DNA of 64,000 nt from Octopus vulgaris. Taxonomy: Eukaryota. The stretch is taken from assembly GCA_951406725.2 (NCBI GenBank), contig OX597814.1, positions 135,718,001 to 135,782,000 on the forward strand, written 5' to 3'. The position numbers were made by a program, and so were the translations under genes. The notes below the pieces were generated by a model, which worked only from the letters and a program-made list of their open reading frames with translations, did not search any database and was not told where the DNA came from. Positions 1 through 15,560 of this stretch are shown piece by piece (positions within the stretch are counted from its first letter, which is position 1; each line of letters opens with the position of its first letter).

Positions 1-395
1 TGATGGAGTCGAGATGACAACTTCTTCCATTGGTACAAGTCAACACTGTGAAGTTTCAAGTTAAAGAGCATATTTATGCATAATAATGCCCCTTCACACT
101 CTGCCAAAATCACTATTAACCATTTAGCTAAGAAAGGTTTCAAACAGCATAAGATTAATGAAATGGCCCCCACCCCACCCCAATCTCAAGCTCTAAACCT
201 AACAGAGAATTTGTGGTCAGTTTTAAAATAAATGTATATTCTAATGGTAAACAATATCTAAACAAGGATTTACTATGGGAAGCAAAAAACACTGTTGCAA
301 GTAATATTGAAAGTGAGATTGTTGAGAAATTGATAAAATCAGTTGAGAGAATATTTAAAGTTATATATGGTAAAGGAGGTTATGTAAAGGTGTAA
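1..395 (+). mobile_element. Degenerate Tc1-type transposase, C-terminal part
   Basis: FMHNNAPSH (DNAP-like), WPP, NLTENLW and terminal KGGYV motifs in shifting frames. Confidence 0.7.
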
Positions 396-1245
396 AATAT
401 ATACATAATTGTTTGTAAATATAATTATATGGTGGAAGATCATCATCATCATCAATGGTCAGGTTATGTATTGTTCTATATGTAAATCACATTACATGTA
501 GTTTATATATTTGTTAAATTGCATAATAAAAAGAAACACCCAAATGTGCTTTTCTTCATTTCCATTTTAAATGTACAGTGATTTAGACAAAAAGTACACA
601 AGACATGGGATACATAACCCTACATATCCTGTAAAAATTTCAAAAAAATGGGGCAAAGGGTTCTGATTTTCTTGAGGCATGATTGACTGGCATAATAAAA
701 GGAAATATAATGTATATGTAACAGTTGTTAATGAATATCACCATCATACATGTGTCCTTAATTTCTCATCTCCCATGAAAACATGTCAAGCCATGAGGAA
801 ATTATTATCTTGTTTGAAAATGGGTAAGGGTTGGCGACAGGAAGAGCATCCAGCCATAAAAACTCTGCCTCAATAAATTATATTAACCCATACAAGCATG
901 GTAAAATGAGCATTAAACCAATGGGGACAATGATAATAGTGAGTCACAATTGTGTTGCTTGATGATACCCAACAGTTTTGTCAAACTTACCTAAGAGGTA
1001 CTTTATATTTAAATATGTCATATAAGAGATACTTAGTTTTACTCTCTAGTTATTTTTATTGTAACATCTCAGTAATACAAACTATTTTCATTCCAATATC
1101 TAGCATCTTTAAAACGTCTTCCTTTTCTGGTCATTTCAACATGCTTTGACCATTTAATTCAGATACACTTTTTTTCTCTCACTCATCTATCCTTTCCATA
1201 GAAGAGCATAGGCTCAACACTTCTTTCATTTTTCCTGAGTGTTAA

Positions 1246-1459
1246 CCCATTGCAGATGGGAAGTGGTATTCACCACATTGAAATACTGTGTGTGTGAGCA
1301 GTGCAATGTCTCACTCTGTGCAGCACCGTAGTTTCAAATATATCACACTGAGAAGAATCATTAAATACACTATAAAATTCCTTGTATGAAATAAGTTACT
1401 GAATGGCCTAATACTGATACACAGCACAGACTGTCAGTACTAAATCCATCTGCAAGGGG
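1246..1459. mobile_element. piggyBac-like MITE (family 1)
   Basis: TTAA|CCCATTGCAGATGG ... CCATCTGCAAGGGG|TTAA. Confidence 0.7.
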
Positions 1460-1496
1460 TTAAACTAATATACCGTTTGTTGTTCTTCTCAAGTGA

Positions 1497-1790
1497 AGGT
1501 GCATGGCTCAGTGGTTAGAGCGTAAGGCTAACAAGCATAAGGTAGTAAGTTTGGTTCTCGAACTGGGCTCAGTGTCATGTTCTTGAGCAAGACACATTGT
1601 TTCATGTTGCTCCAGTTCACTCAGATGAAGAAATGAGTCACAACGTCACTGGAGCCTAGCTGTATTGGCCTTTGCCTTTCCTTTGGATAACATCGGTGGT
1701 GTGGAGAGGGGAGGCTGGTATGCATGGGCGACCACTGGTCTTCCATAAACAACCTTGCCTGGACTTGTGCTTTGAAGGGGAACTTAAAAT
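1497..1790 (+). mobile_element. tRNA-derived SINE
   Basis: A-box TGGCTCAGTGGTTAGAGC, degenerate B-box, then TGTTCTTGAGCAAGACAC central domain. Confidence 0.7.
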
Positions 1791-2644
1791 GAAAGTATAT
1801 ATTGATTTCAAATTTTTTACCACAAGGCCAGCAATTTCAGGGGAGGGAGTAGGTCAATTACATCAACCCCAGTGCTCAACAAATACTTATTTTATCGACC
1901 CTGAAAGGATGAAAAGCAAAGTTGACCCTGGTGGAATTTGAACTCATATCATAAAGACAGACAAAATGTCACTAAGCATTTTGCCCAGCGTACCAATGAT
2001 TCTGCCAGCTCTGCAAGTCTTGTGAGTGTAGATTTGGTAGATGAAAACTGAAAAAGAAGTCTAGTGTGTGTAGTGTATATCCTCTTCTGTTTGTAATTAT
2101 TTAAATTCTTCTGCTGAAGAAGGAGTTGTTTTCTAACCAAGATATAAAGCTTCATCATTGGAATGTTGATAACAAAAACAATGTCAGATTTTATACTGGA
2201 GGAGTCTTGCATGTTTTTACTGTTCCACTTACAGAATGTATTTGTAATGTGCAAGTTAGTTGATGTATGCAAGTATGTATGTGTTTATGTGTGTGTATGT
2301 ATGTGTTTATGTGTACCCATGTCCTTGACATTATGTGATAGTTGTAAGCAAGCATTGCCATTATACAAATGAAGTTGTTTGTTTCCAGTCATCCAGGGAA
2401 ACCATGCCTGACCATGGAAGATATTACCATGTTTGGAAATAGGTAAGGATTGGTGACAGGAAGAGCATCTGCCTCAACAAGTTCCATTTGTTGTTGTTGA
2501 TAATGAAGATGATGATGGTACATACACACATGAATAATAAAAACATTCTCCTTACACTGATATGGTTGGAGTGGATGTAGAAAGAAATTCAAGAACAGGT
2601 TAGAAATACTAAAATCAAATACTGTAGATAATTAAATAAGTCTT

Positions 2645-2650
2645 TTTATT
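2645..2650 (-). terminator. Candidate SF3B3 polyadenylation signal AATAAA
   Basis: First AATAAA I found on the minus strand after the stop, about 340 nt downstream. Confidence 0.45.
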
Positions 2651-2986
2651 ATTATTATTATTATCATTATTATTATTATTATCAGTGATGATGGTGATAG
2701 TAGAAGAGATGTCACTGTGAAAATATTTACAAAATGTTCAGAAAAAAAAACTCCCAATTTCTAGACTGCTGCTGTTTCCTAGTTTGCGTGCCAAGAAAAG
2801 AAAAACCCATCAGGATGATTTTCTTGAAATTCATTTAGTTTGGCAGGAAAATGCATAACCGCAATTGTCCAAAGAGTAAAACAATTCCTACTGATGTCAG
2901 GTTGAGGTGGACAGGAGGACAAAATGAAAAATGATCCCTGTTGTAGTGTCAGCTGTCAGTATTTCTTGTTCCAAAAATACTCTGCT

Positions 2987-3031
2987 CTAGAAGGCATAAC
3001 GAGTTCTGGTATCCTCCAATTTCTTAGAGAC
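2987..3031 (-). CDS. SF3B3: SF3B3 coding exon 27 (terminal)
   Basis: [17 protein letters not shown]; CAG acceptor. Confidence 0.95.
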   Translation of the reverse strand, partial: VSKKLEDTRTRYAF

Positions 3032-6000
3032 CTGCAAAAGAAATGAAAGAGATATTTTAATATAGGAACACACATATCCATTCCATAGTACATTCTCTAA
3101 AATGGTTGATAAACAAATGAAGACAAAGTTTGATGGAAAGGGCCCTTTAATTTGATTGTTCCTATTGAGGGCATGATCTCTTTAGTACTAGTACCACAAT
3201 CTAATGCACCTGATCATCATCGTCAATTAACGTCCACCTTCCATGCTGGCATGGGTTGGGTGGTTTGACAGCAGCTGGTCAGGCAGAAGACTGCACCAGA
3301 CTTCTGTGTCAGTTTTGACGTGGATTTTACAGCTTCTAACACCAACCACCCAGCAGAGTGAACTGATTGCTTTTTGTAAATTGGTTGGTGATAGGAAGGG
3401 TGTCTAGTCATAAAAACCAAACTGAAAATGAAACAGTGAAATGTGGCTCTCTGGCCCATACAGCAAGAGCAGAGACTCTTAAATAAAAACTGATTCAGAC
3501 CACAACAGTCTGTCCAACCCAAGGTAAAAAGGAAAGCAGTTCTAAGAAGGAAGAATCTGATTAAGCAAAGTGAATACCCTTGCTGACTAAAAGAATAAGT
3601 TGGGAATAGCAGGTACTCCCCTGCCACACTCAAATCTCTAATTTTTCTTAACTTGGCTCTACGATTAACATTCTGCTCTGAGGACTCTAAACCACATTGA
3701 TATTTCCCAAGATGGGATGAGAATTAAATGAATACAGAACAGATTAAAAGCAATGTATTCTTACCTCACTAGGGGTACGGTCTAAATCGTCACAAACGCC
3801 TTTTTGCTTTCCAACATCCATGGAGTTGAACATCTCACAGAGGTCGCCATCAATGACATTCTGAAAGGATAACAGAAAAAAGATAGAAGTAAAATACTAA
3901 AATATAATTAATAGAAATCTTAAGAAAAAAATTACATAATCATTGTCAGTAGGGGATAGGTAATGGTTTTTAAAGACTTTATACAAACAGAATCAGTTAC
4001 TGCCAAAAATATTACCAACATCAACAGCCATCAATAAATGTGCTTCCTTATGAAGTATATCATTACAAAACCAATAAGTAACACTGTTATAATGATTTTT
4101 TTCTGCAGAAACATCTAAAGCAAAATATTCACACTAAAAATGGGTCAACACTTAAATAATTCACTAATTGTACCACTTCTAAAAATCTACTGCAATGTTT
4201 AATTTTTGTTACAGCTAACAATGAAGATGAGGGTAATGGCACCACCAGCATTACTTTCCTCACCTTCAGTAGTCATTTACAGTGGCTACCAAGTTAGATA
4301 AAGTTAAGAGAAATGCTTTTTTACCTTGACAGGGAAGTAATATGAACGGAAAGAAAGATGATCTCGACCACAAAGTGGAGGATGTTCTGAGCGCATGTAC
4401 ATCTCTAAATGCTGGAAAAAATCATGGTCCTGGAAAACAAAACACATTCAAATGGAAATGAATATAAAAATGTATTTTGTATAATGAGATGGAGTGGGGT
4501 GGGGGGAGAAATCAGATAACACAACTAAAGGTAACAACCAATCAATTTCTGAAAAAATGTCTTGCAAGAAACATTAAACATTTAATCACTGGCACTCATC
4601 AACTAAAATCAATCCATGAAACGCTACTTCTCTAGGGAAACAGGTAATCCTGCTAGCTTCAAATATGAGATTGCCACTTTTCTGAAGGTTGTCTGATTGT
4701 CTGTTAATCAAGCATATGTAAACAATGTTTGAATAATGTATTTGTGTATGTATGGTCTGTGTGTGTGTGAACTTTGTGTATGAATTAAGAATTGTCATGT
4801 GAGTGTAGCTTTGATACAGTTACACAGTTGCAATTTTTATAGTTGTTGTCTTCCACTTTGGCAATAGGAGCTTTGCTTAACAAGGAGTATGACTGAGCAA
4901 GGTGACAATAATTAATTAATAATGGTTTCAAATTTTGGCACAAGGCCAGCAAGTTTGGGAGAGAGGGTAAGTCAGTTACCTTGACCCCAGTGCTCAACTT
5001 GTACTTATTTATCAGCCCCGAGAAGATGAAAGACAAAGTCAAACTCAGTGGAATTTGAACTCAGAAAGGAAAGATGAATGAAAGGCTGCTAAGCATTTTG
5101 CCCAGTGTGCTAATCACCACCTTAAAATGATTAACTAATAATCCTTTCTACTAAAGGCACAAGGCCTGAAATTTTGGAGGAGGGGACTGAAGGTTGAGCA
5201 GCAAATAACTGCTGAGCTGAATTTCAATAATAATTAAGGCTAGATAATGTGAACAATAGTAGGTTATTGTGGAATAAAATACATTCTTAAAAATATTTCT
5301 AGAAAGAGATTCAACAAACCTCATGTGAAGTGAAAGGAACCAGCATTCCAATACTGCCAGATAATGTTGTATAGACCAAGGACTCTGATCCACCAGGGAT
5401 GAGGGTAGCCTTCTGTAAAGATGTCACTACTTCACCAACATGAAAGTTAGCAATGACATCAGCCTAAAAACAAAAGATCAAATATATAAAAAAAATATCA
5501 TAGCTACATATCTGTTTTTAAAGGAAGCTTATAAATTCATTCATTTAATAAAACATTTGTTACAATTAAGCATGTGTGAATGTAGTGTAACTTTTTCCAA
5601 ATACATTACAAAGATTAATTTATTATTTATAAAACAAAAAATGCTTTACCAAAGGAGCAATTTGTTTGAAATAAAACGTCTTAAGCATCTTTTGTTTTGC
5701 CTGAAAAAATACCACACACACACACAAGAAATGAACTCTCAAGTACAAACCTTTTGAGAAGCACCATTAAGTAAACCTCGATCCCAAAGTGCTTTGTTAC
5801 CAGTTGGATCTTCTTCAACTTCATCACAGACGTCAGGAGGTAAACGAATCTAAGCAGAAAGAAAGATTTGTTATATCATGAAGTTTCATTAGCAACCAAC
5901 CTAATCAGCTAAAACAGTACCTCAATTAAAATTATTATGTTTATGGATCATCTACATCAACATACCATTAGAAAAAAGACACATTCTATTTCAGTAATGC

Positions 6001-9000
6001 AAAGTAGTGAGTTCATTTTGCCAGTGAAATGATAGCAAACTGTATCGATCAGTCATAGCTATGTTTTAATAAATCAAACCAGAATCATTTGTGTTTACAA
6101 CTGTCCACTAAATCCATCCCTAAAAAAATACACTAGTAAATCTGCAAAAAATCTAAGCAATATGATTTACCCATTACCATTTAAACTGCCCAAATATTCT
6201 ACCTGTTTAAGTTCAAACAAGCCATTCCTGGCCTCTCAGACCTACACAGCAATGTCATTCTAAAAGTAAACAATCAGGCACAGGAGTCGCTGTGTGGTAA
6301 GAAGTTTGCTTCCCAACCACTGCTTGGTACCTTGGGCAAGTGTCTTCTACTACAGCTTCAGCCTTGTGAGTGGATCTGATAGATGGAAACTGAAAGAAGC
6401 TCATCGTGTATGTAATATATTTACAACCCCATAACTTAGCGGTCTGGTAAAAAAAAACCAATAGAATAAGTACCAAGCTTAGAAAAAAAGCACTGGGGTT
6501 GATTCATTCAACTAAAATTCCTCAAGGCAGTGCCCCAGCATGGCTGCAGTCTAATGACTGAAACAAGTAAAAGAATCACATCATTTGAAATCTCAAAGCT
6601 ACAAGATAATGTACGATTGATTCAAAATAATGTGAATAAATAAGCATTATATTTGACAGAATAATCTGAATGCTAAAGATTTAAAGTATGGTTTAAGTAA
6701 CCCAGCATAGTGACTTTAATGATGATTATATCAAGTGCATTACACAATTTGAAGACAACCATGCACTGAAACTAATTACGAGTATGTGCTGCTATGTAAA
6801 AGTTATTTCTTTTGATTCAAGGTTTTAACCCTTTAGCATTCAGCTTTCTCTGTCAAATCTTATGCTTATTTATTCACATTGATTTGAATTAGTCATGCAT
6901 TACTTTGTAGCTTTGAGATTTCAATGATGTGATTGTTTATTTTGAGAATGACATTGTAGGGTAGATGTAAGCGGCCAGATCTGTCCAGTTTCAAGATAAA
7001 ACTGGTAGGTTATTTTGGCCAGATATGGTTGGTTTAAATGCTAAAGGGTTAAACTATCTTTATGGTTTCAATTATTTCGGAGAATAGCCATGTTTTAATG
7101 AGGTCAATATTCAGTAGTAGAAAATTTTGATACTGACAGTACTAGAAACAGTTCTTTTTCTTAATAGTTTTCTGCACAAGATAATTCTATGTAAGCACTG
7201 GAAACTACTGAACAACAAATTTCCAGTAAAATATTTCAGCACTGAGTCAGTTTCTCTCTTTTTCTTTACTACAATGTCCATGGCAAAGCACAGTTCCATG
7301 AGAGGAATATGTGAATCTTCAGAAGAATTCATTCAATGTATCTTCATACTGAAACAAGTCAAACAATGGCCATAACTGTATTCAAACTTACCACTGTGAT
7401 GTTACCAAATTTATCTGCAGTTGCCACAGTATCGTAGTCAAGTAGACATGAACTGGTTACCCAACGAGGTGTCGTGTCATCAGCAAATACAATTAGTTGG
7501 TTCTCAGGTCGTTTGTAACGGACAAAATTAATACTTTCTTGGATATCAGAGACAACAATCCGGTGACCCAATGTTAAAATACTCATGATAAAGTTTGGAA
7601 TACGCTGAAATATTTAGAGAAAAGAAAAAATATTATACATAGATGATTATTACTTCAATCACAATATGACTTCATTTTACCTTGCTCTCAAAACTAAATT
7701 CTGACAGTTCTAATAAATAAAACATGTCAATATCTCCGAACTCTAAAAGAGCACTATTAGATTCCACTCATTTATTTTCAGTCACAATCAGTGAACAATG
7801 GCATCATTAGTTACAAGTTTCTAATAGTTCAACCATTGCTTCTCTGTTGGCAAGAATGACAAGGGAATGTCTGTACTTTGATGCAGAACAAATATCACAA
7901 GGGACTGCATTCAGAAAGCAATGGTTTTGTAAATTTCTTATCATGCTTGCCATCATTCATCAATAGACATTGGGTGAAAGATATATACACACACACATCT
8001 GTGAGCTTCTGCACAGCTGCTGCACTATGGGGCTGAAAGATCAAACAAAACTTCACAATCAAATCAAATCAAAATCGATGAACATCAATGGAATTTGTAT
8101 TTTGTGGTACCAGTGCCGGTGGCATGTAAGAAAACCATCCGAACGTGGCCGTAGCCAGTACCGCATCAACTGGCCTCCATGCTGTGGGCACATAACAAAC
8201 ACCATCCGATCGTGGCCGTGCCAGCCCCGCCTGGCCTCCGTGCCGGTGGCACATAAAAAACACCATCCGAGCGTGGCCGTTCGCCAGCCTCGTCTGGCAC
8301 CTGTGTCGGTGGCACATAAAAAAACACCATCCGAGCGTGGCCGTTCGCCAGCCTCGTCTGGCACCTGTGTCGGTGGCACATAAAAAGCACCCACTACACT
8401 CAAGGAGTGGTTGGCTTTAGGAAGGGCATCCAGCTGTAGAAACAATGCCAGATCTGACTGGCCTGGTGCAGCCTTCGGGCTTCCCAGACCCCAGTTGAAC
8501 CATCCAACCCATGCTAGCATGGAAAGCAGACGTTAAACGATGATGATGATGATGACAGCCCTGTCTGCACCAATTTACAATACATGAATGATGCAAACTT
8601 CCAGTGGATTAAATACCATTTACTATAGTCAGCAATCTCAGATGACCTGAGTGACAACATTCAAAACAGTTAAGTGACTTGAACTATCAAGAATACACCA
8701 AATACTTTCTGTTGATTTGCACATAAAACCACACCTTCTGAACCATTTCATATATTTTGATAATTATGGTAGAAAGAATTCATATTGTCTTTGTTACAGC
8801 AAATTTATTAAACCATTTGGATACCACTGGCTATTGTCATTTTGCTACACATACAAGAATCAAACATAGCTGTACAAAGTATATTAGAAACATCAATCAT
8901 TTTTAAGTCAGGTCAATAACTAATTACTACTAAACATTTCTAATAACTCCATTTCACTATTTTAGTTCACTTAAATTAAAATGTGAAATAATATGTATAT

Positions 9001-12000
9001 ATACATTATATATACATACTGTAGACATACAACGGGGTGCTGAAAAGATCCTGGCTTTAAGGGTATCGCAAAAGGCCTGATTGGAGGCCCAACATTCCGA
9101 GTTCTTTTACAGGGATTGGGAAAACAGAAAGACCGCTGCAATAAGTGTGTAAATTTGAGAGGGGAATATGTTGAATAGAATCATAATTAACTGATCCTCT
9201 TGTATTTTCTGATACCCAAGGCTAGGAACTTTACAGCACCCCCTTGTACATATATTGTGTGTGTGTGTGTGCATGCATGTGTATAGATATATATATATAT
9301 ATATATATAAAGAAAAAAAGACAATACCTTATTTTCACATTTTCTGAGCAGCTTTTTCTTCCCAAGATCATATATACGAAGATATCGGCCAGTTCCTATT
9401 AAGGCTCGGCCTTGGAATGAAGCAATGGCACCAGGAAGCTCATCGACCACAGTCTTATGTACAAACTCTAGCTTCTCTCCAGAATTCAGAAGTTTGTAAC
9501 AATAGATAAAACCCCCACTGAGAGAACGTGGGTTCAGTACTAATTCTTTTGCTGTTCCTACAAGCACATGCATGTCATCACTGGCGCATGAAAACCGCAC
9601 AAGGGCAATGCTAGAGGGGGAAAGAAAAATTGAAGATTGTAAAATCCATTAGAAATAATCAGTTCAATTTATGAATAATTAATAAAGAAATTAAAATGGA
9701 AATAAAACATAAGATAAAATAGAGAAATGTAAGGAACATGTTAAACAAACCTGTGTGCAGCTTCATTCTGATCAAGAGATACTTTATCTAAAGTCTCTCC
9801 TGAAATTGGATTAATGATACGAACAACAGACGCCCACATACCAGTACCAGCCTTGGCAGCACCAAAAGTGTTCTCAGGAAGGTCTTCTTCCAAGAAAGCA
9901 TCAGCCATTTTAGCAGCTAGTTGTCGCTCATCTTCTTGTGCAGCTTCTATCATCTCCTAAAAATTGGAAATTATATAATGTCGTCATTTAATGTTCACTT
10001 TTCCACACTTGCATCAGTCAGAGAGAATTTGTCATGGTAAACTTTTTTACAGTTGGATGCATTTCCTGTCACCAACCCTCACCTGTTTCCAAGCAAAGTA
10101 ATAATTTCCCATGGCCAGACACATTCTTCACAGAAGCATTGTCATAAAAACCATGCTCATTTACAACCATCAAGGAGAAGGATGCACACAAACAAAATGG
10201 GCTTCTTTCAATTTCCATCAACCAAATCCACTCACAAGATTTTGGTTGGCTCGGGATTATAGCAGAAGACGCCCAAAATTCCGTGCAGTGGGACTGAACC
10301 CAAGACCACATAGTTGGGTAGCAAGTTTCTTAATCACACAGGCACAACTGCACCAACATAAACAGAAATTATAATCGCAAAAACATTCTTTAATCCTTTA
10401 GCATTCAGATTACTTGTCAAATGCAATGCTTTTTTATTCATATTATTTTAAATTAATCATACATTATCTCATGTCTTCAAGAGGTTGATGATATGATTGT
10501 TTATTTTTAGAATGACATTGTAGGATAGGTGCAAGAGAGTTGACTTGGCTGGTTTGAACATAAAACAGCTAGAATATTTGGGCCTGATAATGGCCAGTTT
10601 AAATGCTAAAGGGTTAATAACTCCTGTAACAGACTGTAATTATAATAGTATAATAACACTAGTTTTATTATAGCTTAGACTGTTGTACGATAGAATATAA
10701 GGCATCACCCTCAGACCCATTGCCTGATTGAAATAATGGTACATTCAGCTAGATTTGTGAAATGTTTTAAACTACTATAATTTACTATGCACAATCAAAC
10801 ATTGCATAACAATATATGCAGTGTGCTTCCATATTGAATGAAACCAAAATACATCTGATGTTCTGGACTTCTAACAACACCTAACAATGCCATCAGTTCA
10901 CTTTTTCTACAAGTGAGAATTCTAATTAATCAGACCTTGTCAAATAGAACATAATAGTGATGATATTGGTGACTATGTTGATGAGGGTGATAATGATGTC
11001 AAAAAAACTCCAAAACACAAGATCATCATCATCATCAGTTAATGCCTGATTTCCATGCTGGCATGGGTTGGATAGTTTGACAATCTGGTGAGCCACAGGC
11101 CTACATTGCACTCTATGTCAGCTGGGTATCCTTCCTAATGCCAACCACTTTATAATATGCGCTGAGTTCTTTCTTCATACCACTAGCACTAGTGGGGGTT
11201 GCCAAGTAACTTGCTAAAAAGGAAGAATAAGTGTGGGAAGTATTTGAGAAGATAGTGAAATTTTATGTTAGGGACAAGCAGAAGTGTCTTGCAATGAAAA
11301 AAATACATGGCTACCCTGCATTTATATAGGGGTGTGTGGGAATATCTGGAAACAGGGTAAATTCATACACAACAACCCACAGGACATTTTTGATTAAGAG
11401 AAATAACTTAACAAACCAACCTCAGCCATTTGTTGTTTGCGTTGCTGTTTTGTTGATTCAGTATAAGCATTATGGTCAGTTTCAATGATGATAAGGTTGT
11501 TGGAATCTTGATGAATGATAAATTTCCTTGGAGTGTACTGCAATGGCCATGAAACTTGATTAAAGACAGCACCTAGTTTCTCCAAAGCTAAAATCCTGAA
11601 AGAAAGTAAATCAAATACAATTTATAAGTTTTTGAACAGTGTAAAAGTCAACTCTTACTTCACATTGGAAAAATGCTTCAGAGATCTCATGTTGGCATGG
11701 ATCAGATGGACTTTACAAATTACTTTTAGCTGAAAATTAGATGGTGAAATATGTTCTACACTTCTAACTCTTGACAGTTGCTCTATCATAAATTCAAAAA
11801 ATTTGTGGGGACAAGAGAAAGAATTCAGTAACAAATTTTATATGAATTTGACCAAAAGCTTTCTAAATATTATTCAATAAATAAATAAGTAATAATAATA
11901 GTTTCTAAATTAGGTACATCATCATCATCACCATCACCATTTAACATCCATGTTCCATACTGGCAGGTATTGGACGGTCTTGACAAGGATTTAATGAGTC

Positions 12001-14069
12001 AAAAATATATTCCAATGTCTGCTTTGCAATAGTTTCTATTACTGGATGCCCTTCATTCCCAGTACATGAATGGTATTCTATTTTGTTTATCACAAAAGGC
12101 TGAAAGTGGAATTTGAACTCAGAATGTGAAGAGCTAGACAGATTATCACAAGGTATTCTGTCTGAAGTTCCAATTTTGCCAATTCTCTGCTCCAAAATTT
12201 CTTACATAGGCATATGGTCCAATGGTTCAGGAGTGGGAAGTAAGTCAATTAGTGACCCCAGTACATGACAGGTACTTTATTTCATCAATTCTAGAGGGCA
12301 AAAACAAAATAATTGAACCTCAGAGTGATATGAACATAATAATATTAAAGTATAGATCCCGAAGATGAAGTACCTAAAAGATTTTGTTGTAAAAGGATAC
12401 ACTGGAGTGATTTTTTTCCATTAAATTTTCCAGGAATATATAAAGTTTAAGAATATGCTTTAAGATTTCCAGTAGCAAAAAGAAGAACTATAGCATATAA
12501 AGTGTCTTTCTTGTTCAGAAACGTAATAAATATTTGCAGTAGATTCAAATTCACAACAGATTAATTCTCTTCTGAAAGCAAATATATTTTAATTTCACTG
12601 ATATGTTAACCAGTTGGGTCTGATTAACCAACTAACATTTATTTTACCTTCTTGTAAGATCCCTGACAGGAAATCAAATCGTAATACATTTTTAAGCTGT
12701 GAATATCAACTTATTTATATCATATCTGGCTTACCTGAGAGTGTTGGTTGAAATAGCTACAATACCTTCTGGACATTGTTCAGAGGCAAATCCAGAGGCA
12801 TATTCCAAGGTTTCGTATGAAAGCGGTGTAAGATGGAATCGATTTTGGTAAGTGTAACTTAACCAGGACCTGCTAGACATGGCCAAAACCTGCAGGGAAC
12901 AAAAAGTTGAAGAATCATTTTCAAAAAGAAATATTTGAAATTAAAGTAGATGAAGTAGCAACAATGTTAATGAATACTTACAGCTTCTGACCCTTGCATA
13001 GTGATTCTAAATAGTTTGACAGGACGGGAACCCAAGTATCTGGTTCTAGTGTCTGATAAATCTCCAGTGACTGTGTCTAACACAGTACGCAGCAATACAC
13101 CATTCTGTAAGAAAAACAATTTCAGGAAATGATTTTTTTTTTTTGTCACTAAACACAAGATCAATTCTGTATTGTGTTTGTTTTATACATATTGATGGTG
13201 ATAGGGGATAGCAGTTTAAAATCAGTCTGCTTTACGAATTACTGACTCAGGAGAGATGAAAGACAATGTTGAACCCAGTTGAATCTATAATCACAAAGTT
13301 GAAACACTTAACCAGATGGGGTAGCAAAACATCAAAAGGACAAGAATGGTGGGAGGAAGGAAAAGACAGAAATACGATGCGAAAATGTTATGGGAAAAGC
13401 AGGGATATTTGGGAATGAAGTCAGCAGAGAAGTGATTGGTAATAGCAGAGGTGAATGAAGATAACAGAGGCAATCACTTCCCAGCTACATGGGCAAGTGT
13501 CTGCTACTGTAGGACCCAGGATGATCAATCCCTTGACAGTGAATTTGATAAACATAAACTGAAAGAAGCATATCATATAAATACATACATTATATATATA
13601 TATGAGAGCAACTGCATAAAGTAGTACCAATCTCTAATTGTGGAGGAAACCTGTTGAAGGGGTACACCTAGGAAGATGGGATGAAATATTGAGAGAGGAT
13701 CTTCAGGCATTGGGCCTCACTGAGGAGATGACAAGGGACCAGGACTTCTGGCAATTTGTTGTACTTGAGAAGACATGCCAAGTTAAGTAAAATCAAAGCC
13801 ATCCATACATATAGACCTGGTCATGACCTACTCCCTCAACTAGTTGAGAGGACTTTATCTTGAAGGTGCTGGTGTCATGCAAAAAGCACCCAGTACACTT
13901 TGTTTATGACACTTTGTCTTGATATTACATGGTAGCTGTAAATGAGTATCACTGTCATACAATTGGTGACCTTCACCCATCTTCTATGAAAAGATATCAA
14001 GCTATGGGGAAATATTACCTTGCTTGGAAACAGATATCCTGTACAGAAAAGTGAACATGGTGGTGATGA

Positions 14070-14107
<38 letters not shown>

Positions 14108-15524
14108 CCCAGAACTAGGAATAAAATATGTGATACAATATAATTAAAATCACTCAAATGTCCAGAGTAAAACTAACATTGTCGGAATTGCTGCTATAAT
14201 AACGAATGCTTCATGAGTGGGTGAATTTCAGCAGAAAATGTATGTTCTAACCTGTAAGCCAATATTGAGGAAAAGTCCACCCTGTGATCCACCTTCTCGT
14301 GTCTCTTCAATAGTTTCTGCATTACCCATTTCTACAATACACAAGGCCTCAGGAGGAGCAGGTAAAGCTTGCATACTCAGTGGTGAAAGACAGTCCTGAA
14401 ACAAAAATTAATAATACACTAACTTTGACAATAATCAATAAATTGAATTTAAGATAAAATTAAACAGTAGCGTATATTCATCAACAAGGTAATTATTTCT
14501 TCCAACAAGGTGCATGATCAATAGCCAAGTAGTGATTAAATTAACTTCATACAATATTATCGGTACCTATCTTATTTTGGTACTAAGAAAAATGACTCAC
14601 CAGGTGCTCAGAGAATATGAACTTATGATAACTAGTATGCAATAAAGCTTTCAGTTTTAATTAACATGAACAAAATCTTTAAAAAGTACACATAAATACA
14701 CACCTATACATATGCCATCTGGAGACAATCAAAATATGGTTTTATTTACACTTCACCAAATTTGATTAAAAATTCAAAATACAAAAGCTAAAGTAGTTTA
14801 TTTTATCTTTAGTGCAAGAATATAATTATTTTATTTCTATTACCTCATTCTAAAATAAAGACAAATTAAAACTTCTTTTTTTCTCTATCTGTCTATCTAT
14901 GTGTGTGTGTATGTATATATTATAGTTGTTTAGAAGCTGCAGTTTGTGTGGACTTTTAAGCTAGCTCCTGCAGAGGGCTAATCGGGCCTGCAGTCCAAAA
15001 CTAAGATGAGCAATTATAACAAAGCATTTATTGGTACCCTACCAATATGGTTTTACTTTAAATTCAGTTTAACCCTTTCGATACCAACCCAACCATAGCC
15101 CGGCCTAAAAGTTTTTTGGTTCAAATGACCAACCCATTGTTATTATATGTGAATTTGAACACAAATCTCATTAGTACATTTGTGAAAACATGTGATTTCA
15201 CTTTGTAAATAGTTGAGTTATAATATCTGACATTGTTTGACGTGATATCTGAACTTGGTGAATTTTAGGAGATTTTTTTCCACATCGATTTTTTTCAGTT
15301 TTGAAAATGGATAGGGGTTTCATGCTATCAAGCACTGATTCCGAATTTGAGGGTTTTTGATGGAAGATATAGACATTATTTACATTATTTACAGTTGACG
15401 GATATTTGTCCTCATCTTGTTTGTTGTTAACACAACATTTCAGCTGATATACCCTCTAGCCTTCATCAAGTGTCTTGGGGAAATTTTGAACCTAGGTTCT
15501 AATTCCTAAGGTATTTTTAAAATG

Positions 15525-15560
<36 letters not shown>

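Noticed and set aside
1190-1240. Hammerhead-like remnant GAAGAGCATAGGCTC
   Set aside because: Both core boxes are lost, so it is too degenerate to call, though it may be an old PLE end related to 50613-50700.
8113-8392. CRISPR-like repeat/spacer appearance
   Set aside because: The units are homologous along their full length, sit in a retroposon 3' end in an animal intron, and there are no cas genes.
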